The notes below the pieces were generated by a model. That model was not told the DNA's origin and made no database searches. It saw only the letters and a program-made list of their open reading frames with translations. DNA of 64,000 bases from Spirochaetia bacterium (GTDB taxonomy: Bacteria > Spirochaetota > Spirochaetia > DSM-2461): positions 3,057,189 through 3,121,188 of the forward strand of contig CAXXIA010000002.1 in NCBI GenBank assembly GCA_963666985.2. The letters are read 5' to 3'. Shown here one piece after another: positions 46,311 through 55,730 of this stretch; positions within the stretch are counted from its first letter, which is position 1, and every line of letters begins with the position of its first letter. A program made the translations under genes and the position numbers.

Positions 46311-46771
46311 TGAATCGCTCCGATGCGAAAAATCGCGACCGATAAAGCGCCGATTGTCAGATAGGGAGCGAAGGGCAGGGGATTGCCGATTTCCCGGTGA
46401 TCTCCTGCCGTCCTGACGGCGAAATCCGCAAAGGCGCATAATACCGCCGCTCCCAGAGCCGTAAGCCATCCCGCCGGTTCAAGAAAACCGCCGAGAAGCA
46501 GGGAATACTTCACATCGCCCAGACCGAAGCGATCACATCCGCCGTGCTTTTCTTTTCTCCGGCGGCAGCGTCCGAAGCCGTAAACAACAGCCGTCTGTCC
46601 TCCTGCGAGAGCCATGCCCGTTAACGCGCCGGCAGGTTCTAAGATTCCGATCAGGCATCCGGCGGTCAGAAACGCCAATCCCGCAATGATCGCTTCATCG
46701 GGAATTATGAAATCACGGGCGTCACGGATGGAAATCCAGCCGCCGAAAATCATCAGGACGGCAAGAGTCAT
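46307..46771 (-). CDS. Short A24-family prepilin peptidase
   Basis: SIRD...IPD, GLGDVK and LPFAPYL motifs; 154 aa with no N-terminal Cys-Zn domain. Confidence 0.85.
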   Translation of the reverse strand: MTLAVLMIFGGWISIRDARDFIIPDEAIIAGLAFLTAGCLIGILEPAGALTGMALAGGQTAVVYGFGRCRRRKEKHGGCDRFGLGDVKYSLLLGGFLEPAGWLTALGAAVLCAFADFAVRTAGDHREIGNPLPFAPYLTIGALSVAIFRIGAIQ

Positions 46772-47889
46772 AAAGCGGCTCCTTCGAAACGGCGGGAGAT
46801 AACCCGAAAAACAGCCGTACCGTTTTCGTTCATTGCCGGAAGGCGCGCCAAAATCACCGTCAGCGATCCTCCCTTTGACGGCGTTCCGTTTTGTCCTGCC
46901 ATTGTCTCTGGGGCCGCGTTAAGGCGGATTTCCCAAAACCAAGTGGTCGTGCCTAAAAGTGAAAGAACCTCGTCCTGACCCTCTTCACGTTCGATGAGAG
47001 ACTCCAGATCGGTCGGAGATACTTCTTTCACGATACGGGCGAACAGCAGATCGTTCCGCGCTCTTGTTTTTTCCGGAAGGCTTTTCCCTCCGTATTTGAA
47101 ATCGAGAATCGCCGAAATCAATTCGGCGTTCGCGAAATGAACGTTAATCGTTCCTCTCGTCGTAAGGAGCGCGGAAAGGTCGTAAGGATCGTTTCCCAGA
47201 ACCGCTGCCGTCCGCTTTGTTCGTTCTCCTCGGGGTGCTTGAGACGCGGCGATGAGGGAAATCGCCAGTTCTTCGGCATCCGCCCTGCCGCCGCTTCGGG
47301 CGCGGATTAAAGCCGAAAGGGAAGAGAGGTCACCGATCGCGGGATTCCAAAGTCCCCAGACCGTAAAAAAGCGGTTTTCATCTTTTTCAGGGATAACATC
47401 CGAGGCGTCCTCAGGGCTGAGGTAGGGCCCTTTCGAGTCAAGATGATCGGCGATAATTCCCGGCGCGGAGAACGACGTATATTGAGTTCGGACGGCATCC
47501 TCCCGCAAATACCGAGCCGCGAGAGAATTGATGTTCAAGGCCGATGAAATGTCTGTGAGAATTAGTGTATCTCCGTGCGAAGTTCCCTTGTCGACGACTG
47601 TCCACACCGGATCGGACGATGCATCCGAATATGGCGTCGGATCTGCTCTGAGGGCGGATACCGTTTCGTCCAGTCCATCGAGAAGACGACTCCGTAAAGC
47701 GGCGCGTTCCGAGTCGCGAAGGATGATTTCCGCCGGTTTCCCTGGAGCCGTTCGGACCGATGAAGCCGCGATACCCAAAAGCGTCAGGATCATGAGGGCC
47801 GTCGGGGCCGCGGACCCGGATGAACTCGACGCGGCCGCCGCAGACGAGGTTATTGGCGATCTCATCTTCTTCGCGCGGTTTTTAATCAT
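46768..47889 (-). CDS. GspK-like minor pseudopilin
   Basis: G|SAAPTALMILTLLG hydrophobic N-terminus; DISSALNINS and GTINVHFA motifs typical of GspK. Confidence 0.65.
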   Translation of the reverse strand: MIKNRAKKMRSPITSSAAAASSSSGSAAPTALMILTLLGIAASSVRTAPGKPAEIILRDSERAALRSRLLDGLDETVSALRADPTPYSDASSDPVWTVVDKGTSHGDTLILTDISSALNINSLAARYLREDAVRTQYTSFSAPGIIADHLDSKGPYLSPEDASDVIPEKDENRFFTVWGLWNPAIGDLSSLSALIRARSGGRADAEELAISLIAASQAPRGERTKRTAAVLGNDPYDLSALLTTRGTINVHFANAELISAILDFKYGGKSLPEKTRARNDLLFARIVKEVSPTDLESLIEREEGQDEVLSLLGTTTWFWEIRLNAAPETMAGQNGTPSKGGSLTVILARLPAMNENGTAVFRVISRRFEGAAL

Positions 47890-48433
47890 CGTCGGTATCC
47901 CGCGGACCCGGATTTACGAGCTTTACGCTTTGTAAGGGCCGCTCGGTAAGTCGGCATTGGGTTTTAACGCCTCCGGCAGAAACAATTTCGATTCCCGATG
48001 CACATCCGTCACGATTAACGGCGACTAATGACGGTGCTTTTCCGCGGAAGGAATATCTGCGCCGGTTTTCTCCTGAAATCACGTCGACGGCATGCTCATC
48101 GATGTACCAGAAAACTGAGCCGGTGTTCGATTCGGGCTCGGCGACGACCGACCAATAGGGAATACGAATTTTCTCCGTCGTACGACGAAGATCTTCATAG
48201 AGATAAACGTAAGCCGACACATCCCGCAGCTTCTCATCGCCCGCAGGTAGAACATGCATGAGTGTTTTTAACAATGGCGGCACCATTCCTATAGCGAGGG
48301 CGCTGATTAAAAGTGCCAAGGCCGTATCAGCGAAAGTGAATCCTAAGGACGATTGTTTATCGCGGAGTATGATCGTCGATACCCTTATCCGTACCGTAGT
48401 CCCAGCTTTCGGACTCCCGAAGAGTCGAAACAT
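47882..48433 (-). CDS. Minor pseudopilin (GspJ-like)
   Basis: Prepilin site SLG|FTFADTALALLISAL; position between I-like and K-like genes; start uncertain. Confidence 0.6.
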   Translation of the reverse strand: MFRLFGSPKAGTTVRIRVSTIILRDKQSSLGFTFADTALALLISALAIGMVPPLLKTLMHVLPAGDEKLRDVSAYVYLYEDLRRTTEKIRIPYWSVVAEPESNTGSVFWYIDEHAVDVISGENRRRYSFRGKAPSLVAVNRDGCASGIEIVSAGGVKTQCRLTERPLQSVKLVNPGPRDTDDD

Positions 48434-48596
48434 TTTGAACCTCCGTCAGACGTGTGGAGTATGCTTCGGCCGCTTTATTTCTTCCTGCCGTCAGAGGAAG
48501 AACGGTTTGCCAGGCCAAAGCGATTATCAAGAGAGCCGTCAGTGCATCCAAACATGCAAAACCGTTTTCAGTTTTCCCAGGAGACGATATCCGCAT
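48357..48596 (-). CDS. Small minor pseudopilin (GspI-like)
   Basis: MRISSPGKTENG|FACLDALTALLIIAL; 79 aa from the ATG at 48596, inside the longer ORF 48357-48896. Confidence 0.6.
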   Translation of the reverse strand: MRISSPGKTENGFACLDALTALLIIALAWQTVLPLTAGRNKAAEAYSTRLTEVQNVSTLRESESWDYGTDKGIDDHTPR

Positions 48597-49038
48597 CTTT
48601 ATCCTCCCCGCCTTCTTTTCCGTCGGCTCCGAAAGAGCGGATTTCAAAAGGAAGACCGTATGGCCCCGGAACTCGGTAGTTATAGTCCCGATTCCACGGA
48701 TCGGTGAAATCGTTCTTGGAAACATAGGGGCCGTTCCAATCTTCAGGGATTGGAGCCGCAGAAGGTTGTTCCCAAAGGGATTTGAGTCCTTGGATTTCAG
48801 TGGGATAGACGGCGTTGTCCAGGTAATATCCGTCAAGGGCCAGAGTGAGGGCCGCGATTTCTCCTGCCGCACCGGTTGTTCTGGCCCTCTCCACATAACG
48901 GATTCCGGCCACGCCCACGGTGCCGGTAAGGATAAGAATGATGGTGATGACGATGATGGATTCGATAAAAGTCCAGCCGCACCTTGAATCGTTGTCCCCG
49001 GTATCGGCGCATGTTGGAAGGAAACCGTAATACCTCAT
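48568..49038 (-). CDS. gspG: Major pseudopilin GspG
   Basis: G|WTFIE prepilin site; YYLDNAVYPT..QGL, WNGPY, DPWNRDYNY, SFGADG..GGE..DADI signature. Confidence 0.93.
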   Translation of the reverse strand: MRYYGFLPTCADTGDNDSRCGWTFIESIIVITIILILTGTVGVAGIRYVERARTTGAAGEIAALTLALDGYYLDNAVYPTEIQGLKSLWEQPSAAPIPEDWNGPYVSKNDFTDPWNRDYNYRVPGPYGLPFEIRSFGADGKEGGEDKDADIVSWEN

Positions 49039-49151
49039 GACTGATCTCTTTGCTCCTTATCCGTCTCCCGCTGAAAACGGCCGGAGCGCCGCAGACTGGA
49101 TGTTTTCCCGTGCTCCGACGCTCATCGGCCAAACCTTTTCGGAAACGTGCC

Positions 49152-49340
49152 TGTTATAACCGCGCCGCCGGAAGATTCGCTTGAGAGGAAAACGGTTTTT
49201 TACCGCGGATTTCCCTTCTTGATCAGCAGTGCCGAACCGTGCATCCTTGTGGAAATCGGACGGAGAATGATTCCTCTGGGAACAGAAGCGGGCTTTCCGC
49301 TTCATTCCTTCCGGAAAATGCAAAGACATCAGGAAGAGAC
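49152..49340 (+). promoter_or_regulatory. Extended -10 (TGnTATAAC, 49152-49160) and a structured 5' leader of metY
   Basis: Nested helices in which 49215-49223 pairs with 49328-49336, covering the AGGAAG RBS; see findings. Confidence 0.45.
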
Positions 49341-50612
49341 ATGGAAAAGAATTGGGCTTTTGAAACCAACACCATTCAGGCCGGATATACTCCGAAAAAC
49401 GGCGAACCGAGAGTTTTGCCGATTGCCCAGAGTACAACCTTCGCCTACGACACCGCGCAGGCGGTTGCCGATTTATTCGACCTGAAAGCTCCCGGTCATA
49501 TGTATTCGCGGATTTCCAATCCGACTGTGGAAGCTTTTGAAAATAAAATGGCGGTTCTGGAAGGCGGGGTAGGCGCTCTGGCGACATCCGCCGGACAAAC
49601 GGCCAATGCCTTTGCCCTGATGAATATCGCCCAGGCCGGTCAGCATGTGGTGTCGACCGCCAAATTGTATGGTGGCACCTTCAATCTTCTGGCTCATACA
49701 CTGAAGAAATGCGGGATTGAAGTAACCTTTGTTGATCAGAACGCACCCGAGGCTGAAATAAAGAAGGCCTTTCGGCCGAATACCCGAGCTTTGTTCGGCG
49801 AAACATTAACCAATCCCGGAACCGAGGTTCTGGATTTGGAGAAAATGGTGAACATCGCCGATGAAATGCAGGTACCGGTGATTGTGGACAACACATTCCC
49901 CACACCGTATTTCTGCAACCCGTTCCAGTATGGCGTGGCTATCGCAACCCATGCCTCCACCAAATATATCGACGGTCACGCCACAAGCGTGGGCGGCGTG
50001 ATTGTGGACGGCGGCAATTTTGACTGGGCCAACGGCCGGTATCCGGAACTGAGTGATCCCGACCCGACATACCACGGCCTTTCCTACACCGAAACATTCG
50101 GAAATGCGGCCTATATTACCAAGGCCCGTGTTCAGCTGACCCGCGACTTCGGCGCCTATATGCATCCCATGAATGCCTGGCTGTCCAATCTGGGACTGGA
50201 AACACTTCATGTCCGGATGGACCGCCATACCGAAAACGCCCAGAAGCTGGCCGAATGGCTGGAAGCCGATCCCCGCGTGGCCTGGGTGAAATATCCGGGA
50301 CTCAAAAACGATCCCGATTATGCATTGGCGAAAAAGTATCTTCGCGGATGCAGCGGCGTTCTTACCTTCGGGGTGAAAGGCGGCCGTGAGGCCAGCGAGA
50401 AAACCATGAATGCGCTGAAACTGGCAACCATCGAAGTGCATGTCGCCGATATCCGCACCTGCGTTCTGCATCCGGCCAGCATGACGCACCGTCAGCTGAA
50501 TGAAGAGCAGCAGATCGCCGCGGGCGTACTTCCCGATTTGGTTCGTGTTTCCGTGGGACTGGAGAATATCAGCGATATCATCGCGGATTTCGATCAGGCA
50601 CTTTCCGCGTAA
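49341..50612 (+). CDS. metY: O-acetylhomoserine aminocarboxypropyltransferase/sulfhydrylase (PLP)
   Basis: YSRISNPT, LYGGT, VDNTF, HASTKYIDGH PLP-Lys, HPASMTH, RVSVGLE; start MEKNW. Confidence 0.9.
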   Translation: MEKNWAFETNTIQAGYTPKNGEPRVLPIAQSTTFAYDTAQAVADLFDLKAPGHMYSRISNPTVEAFENKMAVLEGGVGALATSAGQTANAFALMNIAQAGQHVVSTAKLYGGTFNLLAHTLKKCGIEVTFVDQNAPEAEIKKAFRPNTRALFGETLTNPGTEVLDLEKMVNIADEMQVPVIVDNTFPTPYFCNPFQYGVAIATHASTKYIDGHATSVGGVIVDGGNFDWANGRYPELSDPDPTYHGLSYTETFGNAAYITKARVQLTRDFGAYMHPMNAWLSNLGLETLHVRMDRHTENAQKLAEWLEADPRVAWVKYPGLKNDPDYALAKKYLRGCSGVLTFGVKGGREASEKTMNALKLATIEVHVADIRTCVLHPASMTHRQLNEEQQIAAGVLPDLVRVSVGLENISDIIADFDQALSA

Positions 50613-50704
50613 TCCAAAGGGACATCTGCTCGATTCGGCGGAAGGACCGCGTTTTTCGGCAAGGGAAGCGCGGTTCAAAATGTTTCTCTGCACATATTTT
50701 TTTC

Positions 50705-50755
50705 TTGACATCAATATGAAGTGAGATTTAGAATCCCATTGAAAGCGTTTACAAA
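50705..50755 (+). promoter_or_regulatory. Sigma70 promoter with LacI-type operator
   Basis: TTGACA (50705-50710), 18 nt, TAGAAT (50729-50734); operator TGAAAGCGTTTACA at 50740-50753. Confidence 0.75.
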
Positions 50756-51775
50756 TTGCAGAAAACTATGGTGACAATGAAAGACATCGCCGAACGGTCG
50801 GGAGTTTCCCTGGCCACTGTTTCTCGAGTATTAAGCGGAAGTTCCGCCGTCAGCCTCGATAAACGACGGCTGGTAATGACATGGGTTCGAAAGCTTGATT
50901 ATCGGCCAAATGCAACGGCGCAGATACTGGCGCAGAAGAAAGCTTTTCTGCTCGGTGTTATATTGCCGGAGATATCCAATCCATTTTTTGCTGAAGTACT
51001 TCACCAGATTGAAGCTTATGCGTTTCTTTCAGGGTTTAATATCATTATCGGAAATGCCTGCGGAAATGAAGCGAAAGCGGTGGAGTACGTGGCATCATTT
51101 CTTTCACGGCAGGTAGATGGTATTCTCGTCTGTCCCGGTGATATTTCCGGAGAGGCGATTTTTGATCGTATTCCGGCATCAACTCCCGTAACGGTTGTAA
51201 CGCAGTCATTTGAAGGGATTGACTCGGTTTTTACCTCCATGGAATGGGGCGGAGATCTTGTTGCAAGGCATTTAATTGGTTTGGGACATGAGCGAATCGC
51301 CCTTCTTGGAGAAGGAAAAGATCCGAAGTTTGTCGGGTTCACCGGAGAGATGAAAAAGAACGGAATCGATATTAATCCGGAATGGATGCTTGCGGAATCG
51401 CCTTGGGGAGAGGATGTACCGGCGAATTCCTACTCGATTACAAGAGATTTTTTCTCGAATCATTCGGACGGTGTTACGGCTCTGTTCGCCGCGAATGATT
51501 ATGCCGCAATCGGTGCACTCCATGCACTTCAGGATTTGGGAATCCGTGTTCCCGAAGATGTCGCGGTGGTCGGTTTTGATAATACTTACCTTTCCCGCCA
51601 GGTTCGTCCGACTCTGACGTCGGTGGGGCAGCCGATTGAAGATATCGGAAGAATCGCCGTCGAAACAATTCTATCGAAGATTGACGGCGAACGGGTAGCC
51701 GAGCCGCGGTGGATCCCTTTGGAACCGCGTTTGGTTCCAAGAGAGAGTACCGCCAGCAGAAGAAACAGCAGTTGA
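50756..51775 (+). CDS. LacI-family transcriptional regulator
   Basis: TMKDIAERSGVSLATVSRVL, YRPN, NPFF, ANDYAA, VVGFD, LTSV; start may be 50768 or 50777. Confidence 0.94.
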   Translation: MQKTMVTMKDIAERSGVSLATVSRVLSGSSAVSLDKRRLVMTWVRKLDYRPNATAQILAQKKAFLLGVILPEISNPFFAEVLHQIEAYAFLSGFNIIIGNACGNEAKAVEYVASFLSRQVDGILVCPGDISGEAIFDRIPASTPVTVVTQSFEGIDSVFTSMEWGGDLVARHLIGLGHERIALLGEGKDPKFVGFTGEMKKNGIDINPEWMLAESPWGEDVPANSYSITRDFFSNHSDGVTALFAANDYAAIGALHALQDLGIRVPEDVAVVGFDNTYLSRQVRPTLTSVGQPIEDIGRIAVETILSKIDGERVAEPRWIPLEPRLVPRESTASRRNSS

Positions 51776-51808
51776 TGAAACAGGAGAAAAATTTGGTTTA
51801 CATTATCA

Positions 51809-51824
51809 TGAAAGCGTTTACAAA
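51809..51824. promoter_or_regulatory. Second LacI-type operator, upstream of the GH32 operon
   Basis: TGAAAGCGTTTACAAA, identical to 50740-50755. Confidence 0.78.
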
Positions 51825-51851
51825 ATTGCGAAAACAAATTGGGGTCCTATA

Positions 51852-53270
51852 ATGAATCTTCCGTTTCCCTTAATTCATTATTACCATCGCAACGCATGGA
51901 TTAACGATCCAAACGGCCTCATTTTCATTGACGGTGTGTACCATCTTTTCTATCAGCTCAATCCCTCCGGAACACGATGGAATTCCATTCACTGGGGACA
52001 TTCTGTCAGCGGGGATCTCAAAAACTGGTCCGTTTTGCCGCCGGTGCTCAAACCTGAAGAAATCCTGGGTGAGCCTTTTTCCGGAACGGCCATACAAACA
52101 ACCGACGGATTGTATGCTCTCTATACACGATCGTTGCCTTCGGGATTTCAGGAGCAGTATCTCGCAAAATACAGTGAAAAAACGAATTCTTTCTTAGATC
52201 TTCCCAAGGGACCGCACATTCCCAATCCGGAATTAAAGGATTTTCGCGATCCTTGCATTTGGAACGATGGAGAATTTAATTGTGTTGTTTCCGGTGGAAA
52301 TCAACTTCTTTTTTACCGGTATATCCGCGGAATCGACGCTGAGAAAAAGACGGAATCCTTTGTCGGCGGGAGTTGGGAACTCGCATCGACACTCTCTCTT
52401 CCCTTTGAAGATGCCATCGCTGAATGCCCGTTGATTTGCTCATTTCCGTTATTAGGGGGAGAAAGTCACGATGTCTTGATTATCAGTCTTAACCGTCCTG
52501 AAACAGTTTCTTCCGCTAATGTTCTCTACCAGATAGGTCGGCTTAAAGGAGCATCATTTCACCCTGATGAACCGGACCGCTGGATTCCGCTTGATTACGG
52601 ACATGATTTCTACGCACCGCAAGTTTGGAAAGACACACCGGCCGGCGGAATTGTTCTGTTGGGCTGGATGAATAACTGGGCCTATGCTGATCGATTTGGT
52701 TCTCTCCGGTGGAGCGGGGCGTTTTCCGTTCCGCGAAAGCTGGAACTTGTTGTTCAAGATGGTGAAGCCATGCTTTTGCAGCATCCTTGCGCACCCGTTG
52801 AAGAGTCCGAAGCCGCTATGGAATGTATTCCGGATAACTGGAAGTGGACGATGAACGGTGAAACCGCGATGTCGGCTCGTTATCTCTGGAGTTCGAAACG
52901 GATCAATCGTCTCTCATTGGAAATCAATGATGAAGCGAATCGATCCGTTTGTTTTGAACTGATTGTCAAAGACGATCGGATCAATCTGGAAATACGGAGA
53001 TCGCCGACCGTTTTGCCGCTGAAAACGGGTATTGATCGAACGGAAGTATTTGGAAGACGTACTCGATCATCGGATGTGGAGGTAATGGTCATTGTTGATT
53101 TCTGTTCGGTTGAACTGTTTGTTGACGGTGGCCGTTATGTCGTTACAGAGCTCACGCCGTGGGAGAGTGATTCCCGGACGTGTGTCACTCGTTATTGCGC
53201 TGATTCGAAAGGAGGTGTTCGCTGCGCATTAAGCCCAATGTCACCCTTGGTTATGGATTTCACCGAGTAA
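51852..53270 (+). CDS. Glycoside hydrolase family 32 (beta-fructofuranosidase/levanase-like), no signal peptide
   Basis: WINDPNG, HLFYQ, HWGH, FSG, FRDP, ECP, DFYAPQ, GWMNNW, SVELF. Confidence 0.92.
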   Translation: MNLPFPLIHYYHRNAWINDPNGLIFIDGVYHLFYQLNPSGTRWNSIHWGHSVSGDLKNWSVLPPVLKPEEILGEPFSGTAIQTTDGLYALYTRSLPSGFQEQYLAKYSEKTNSFLDLPKGPHIPNPELKDFRDPCIWNDGEFNCVVSGGNQLLFYRYIRGIDAEKKTESFVGGSWELASTLSLPFEDAIAECPLICSFPLLGGESHDVLIISLNRPETVSSANVLYQIGRLKGASFHPDEPDRWIPLDYGHDFYAPQVWKDTPAGGIVLLGWMNNWAYADRFGSLRWSGAFSVPRKLELVVQDGEAMLLQHPCAPVEESEAAMECIPDNWKWTMNGETAMSARYLWSSKRINRLSLEINDEANRSVCFELIVKDDRINLEIRRSPTVLPLKTGIDRTEVFGRRTRSSDVEVMVIVDFCSVELFVDGGRYVVTELTPWESDSRTCVTRYCADSKGGVRCALSPMSPLVMDFTE

Positions 53271-53298
53271 GCGGTGAGCAATGCTCAAATAGGAGGAG

Positions 53299-54615
53299 AT
53301 GCAAATGAAAACAGTCAAACTGGTTGTTGTGATGTTAACGGCTCTGGCGATCTGCGGTGTTTTTGCCGGAGGATCGGGTGAAACTCCCGCCGACGGAGCT
53401 AAAGAACTTCATCTTTGGTTCCATGGAGGGACGGCCGACGAAACCGAAGCGATGAGAGATCAGATTAAACGGTTTAACGATTCTCAGGATGGTTATGTTG
53501 TCGTAATGACTGAGATTCCAGGCGGAGCCGTTGCCGGAAGCGGATACAATGATTCTGTAAACGCCGCTGCCGTCGCAGGGGATTTGCCCGATATTCTCGA
53601 TTTGGACGGACCTAATCTCTATAACTACGCTTGGGCGGGTTATTTGGAAGGATTGGACGGATATATGTCCGAACAGCTTCGTTCCGAACTTCTGCCTTCG
53701 CTGATTGATCAGGGAACATATCGAGGAAAGATTTACGCCATTGGACAATATGATTCCGGTTTATCCTTAGTGGGACGTGTTTCACTTCTGAAAAAAGCGG
53801 GAGTTCGAATTCCCCGTTCAATCGATGACGCATGGGATCTTGATGAATTTGTCGCCGCATTAAAAGCTCTGCAAGCTTTACCGGAAGTTGAATACGCCCT
53901 TGATTGCAAGATGAATTACGGCGCCGGTGAGTGGATGACATACGCCTTTTCGCCCGTATTACAGAGTTTCGGTGGCGATCTTATCGATCGTGATACCTAT
54001 CAATCGGCGGAAAATATACTCAACGGTCCTAAATCGGTAAAAGCGATGAATTTTCTTCAGTGGATCTTTGAAAACGGATACTCCGTTGTCAGTCCCCCGG
54101 ACGACAATGAATTTGTCAACGGAAAGGCGGCATTGGGCTGGATGGGTCATTGGGTTTGGAAAGGATATCATGATAAGTTTGGCGATGATGTCGTAGCGAT
54201 TCCGATGCCTGATTTTGGTTCCGGTGCCGTTACAGGAATGGGATCGTGGGCATGGGCGGTTTCATCGCAGAGTAAACATCCCGAAGGGGCATGGAAATTT
54301 CTGGAATATATCCTACAGCCGGAAGAAATACTTGCTATTACAGATATAAATGGTGCTGTTCCGGGACGTTCTACGGCTCTTGAAAAATCAACTCTTTTCG
54401 GGAACGGCGGTGATTTGAATATATTCGTTCAACAGCTCCAAAAAGGTGTAGCGGTTCCTCGTCCCAAAACACCCGGTTATCCGGCGATTACGACGGCGTT
54501 TTATACCGCTATGGATAATATTATTAAGGGTTCGGACATACAGTCCGAGTTGGATGCCGCGGTTGACGCAATCGCCGACGATATTCGTCAGAACAACGGC
54601 TATCCGGTTCAATAG
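53299..54615 (+). CDS. Carbohydrate ABC transporter substrate-binding protein (CUT1)
   Basis: Signal peptide ...VFA|GG, GDLPDI, GSWAWAV, AWKFLEY, PRPKTPGY; GGAGGAG RBS. Confidence 0.9.
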   Translation: MQMKTVKLVVVMLTALAICGVFAGGSGETPADGAKELHLWFHGGTADETEAMRDQIKRFNDSQDGYVVVMTEIPGGAVAGSGYNDSVNAAAVAGDLPDILDLDGPNLYNYAWAGYLEGLDGYMSEQLRSELLPSLIDQGTYRGKIYAIGQYDSGLSLVGRVSLLKKAGVRIPRSIDDAWDLDEFVAALKALQALPEVEYALDCKMNYGAGEWMTYAFSPVLQSFGGDLIDRDTYQSAENILNGPKSVKAMNFLQWIFENGYSVVSPPDDNEFVNGKAALGWMGHWVWKGYHDKFGDDVVAIPMPDFGSGAVTGMGSWAWAVSSQSKHPEGAWKFLEYILQPEEILAITDINGAVPGRSTALEKSTLFGNGGDLNIFVQQLQKGVAVPRPKTPGYPAITTAFYTAMDNIIKGSDIQSELDAAVDAIADDIRQNNGYPVQ

Positions 54616-54630
54616 TTCGGCAAATATTAA

Positions 54631-54660
54631 GCCGGCGGTGCTCTGAAAACACCGTCGGTT
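54631..54660 (+). terminator. Intercistronic stem-loop after the binding-protein gene
   Basis: GCCGGCGGTG-ctctgaaaa-CACCGTCGGT; typical stabiliser/partial terminator position. Confidence 0.5.
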
Positions 54661-54689
54661 TGAAAACGCTTGTTTTTTCTGAGGTAGGT

Positions 54690-55730
54690 ATGAGACGTAA
54701 AACGCATTCACTGCAGGCAAATCAGCGAACATACGCATGGCTCATGGGACTGCCGGGGATTGTGATGCTTATTACCTTTGTTGTTCTTCCATTGCTTCTT
54801 GGAGCATTTTGGAGTTTGACAAATAAACGTCTCATTTCTCCTGTACCGACGCAGTTCGTCGGTTTCGAAAATTATCGAAATCTTTTATCGATCAAGACTC
54901 TTCAAGTCGAACAGGATAATCCGGAGAAAATACGAGAGATTTTACGGAATGATTCTGAATATCGGGGATACCGGGAATTATTCCGCATGAAAGGACCTCA
55001 CGGTACTCGTCTCGTGTTGGCGTCGGATGTCGTTTTCCTTAAGTCATTAAGAAACACAATTATCTTTGTTCTCTTTATTGTTCCCGGGCAGGGCGGTGCC
55101 GCATTGATACTGGCGCTTTTGGTAAATCGAAAAATTCGAGGTCGGAATTTTTATCGGGCCACGTATTTCGCTCCCGTGGTTACATCTATGGCCGTAATCG
55201 CGATAGTCTGGTCTTTTCTATACAATCCCAGTCAGGGTGTAATCAATGTTCTTTTAAAGAAGATGACCTTTGGTAAGGTTTCCGATATCGGCTGGCTTGT
55301 CGATGTCCGATACGCTCTGCCCGCGATTATTATTGTTTCCGCTTGGCAGGCGACGGGATTTCAAATGGTCATCTTTCTGGCGGGTCTTCAAAACATCCCC
55401 GTTCATCTCTATGAACAGGCGGGAATTGACGGCGCCGGTGAATTCCAACGTTTTCGATATATAACATTTCCCCAACTAAGAAATACAACAATTTTTGTTG
55501 TTATCAGTACGACAATTTTGGCTTTCCGTGTTTTTACGCAAATCGACGTTATGACTCACGGCGGACCGGAAAACTCAACCAGTTCCGTTGTTTATTACGC
55601 GGTGGAACAGGGATTCCGGCAGCAGCGGATCGGTTACGGTTCGGCGATAACAATGATTTTCTTTGTATTTGTTCTCGGTGTAGCTCTTCTGCAAAATTTC
55701 TTATTGAAGTCGGAGAAAGCAATTGACTGA
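54690..55730 (+). CDS. Carbohydrate ABC transporter permease (MalF-like)
   Basis: FVGFENY, FAPVVTS, LAGLQNIP..LYEQAGIDGA EAA loop; ATG after GAGGT. Confidence 0.9.
   Translation: MRRKTHSLQANQRTYAWLMGLPGIVMLITFVVLPLLLGAFWSLTNKRLISPVPTQFVGFENYRNLLSIKTLQVEQDNPEKIREILRNDSEYRGYRELFRMKGPHGTRLVLASDVVFLKSLRNTIIFVLFIVPGQGGAALILALLVNRKIRGRNFYRATYFAPVVTSMAVIAIVWSFLYNPSQGVINVLLKKMTFGKVSDIGWLVDVRYALPAIIIVSAWQATGFQMVIFLAGLQNIPVHLYEQAGIDGAGEFQRFRYITFPQLRNTTIFVVISTTILAFRVFTQIDVMTHGGPENSTSSVVYYAVEQGFRQQRIGYGSAITMIFFVFVLGVALLQNFLLKSEKAID

Noticed and set aside
49200..49340. Canonical SAM-I (S-box) or T-box upstream of metY
   Set aside because: Lacks the AUC-AGAG / GCAACC / GUGC SAM-I core and the T-box GGUGGNACCGCG; kept only as an unclassified structured leader.
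54661..54674. TGAAAACGCTTGTT as a third LacI operator
   Set aside because: Only the left half resembles the two identical operators; not supportable.
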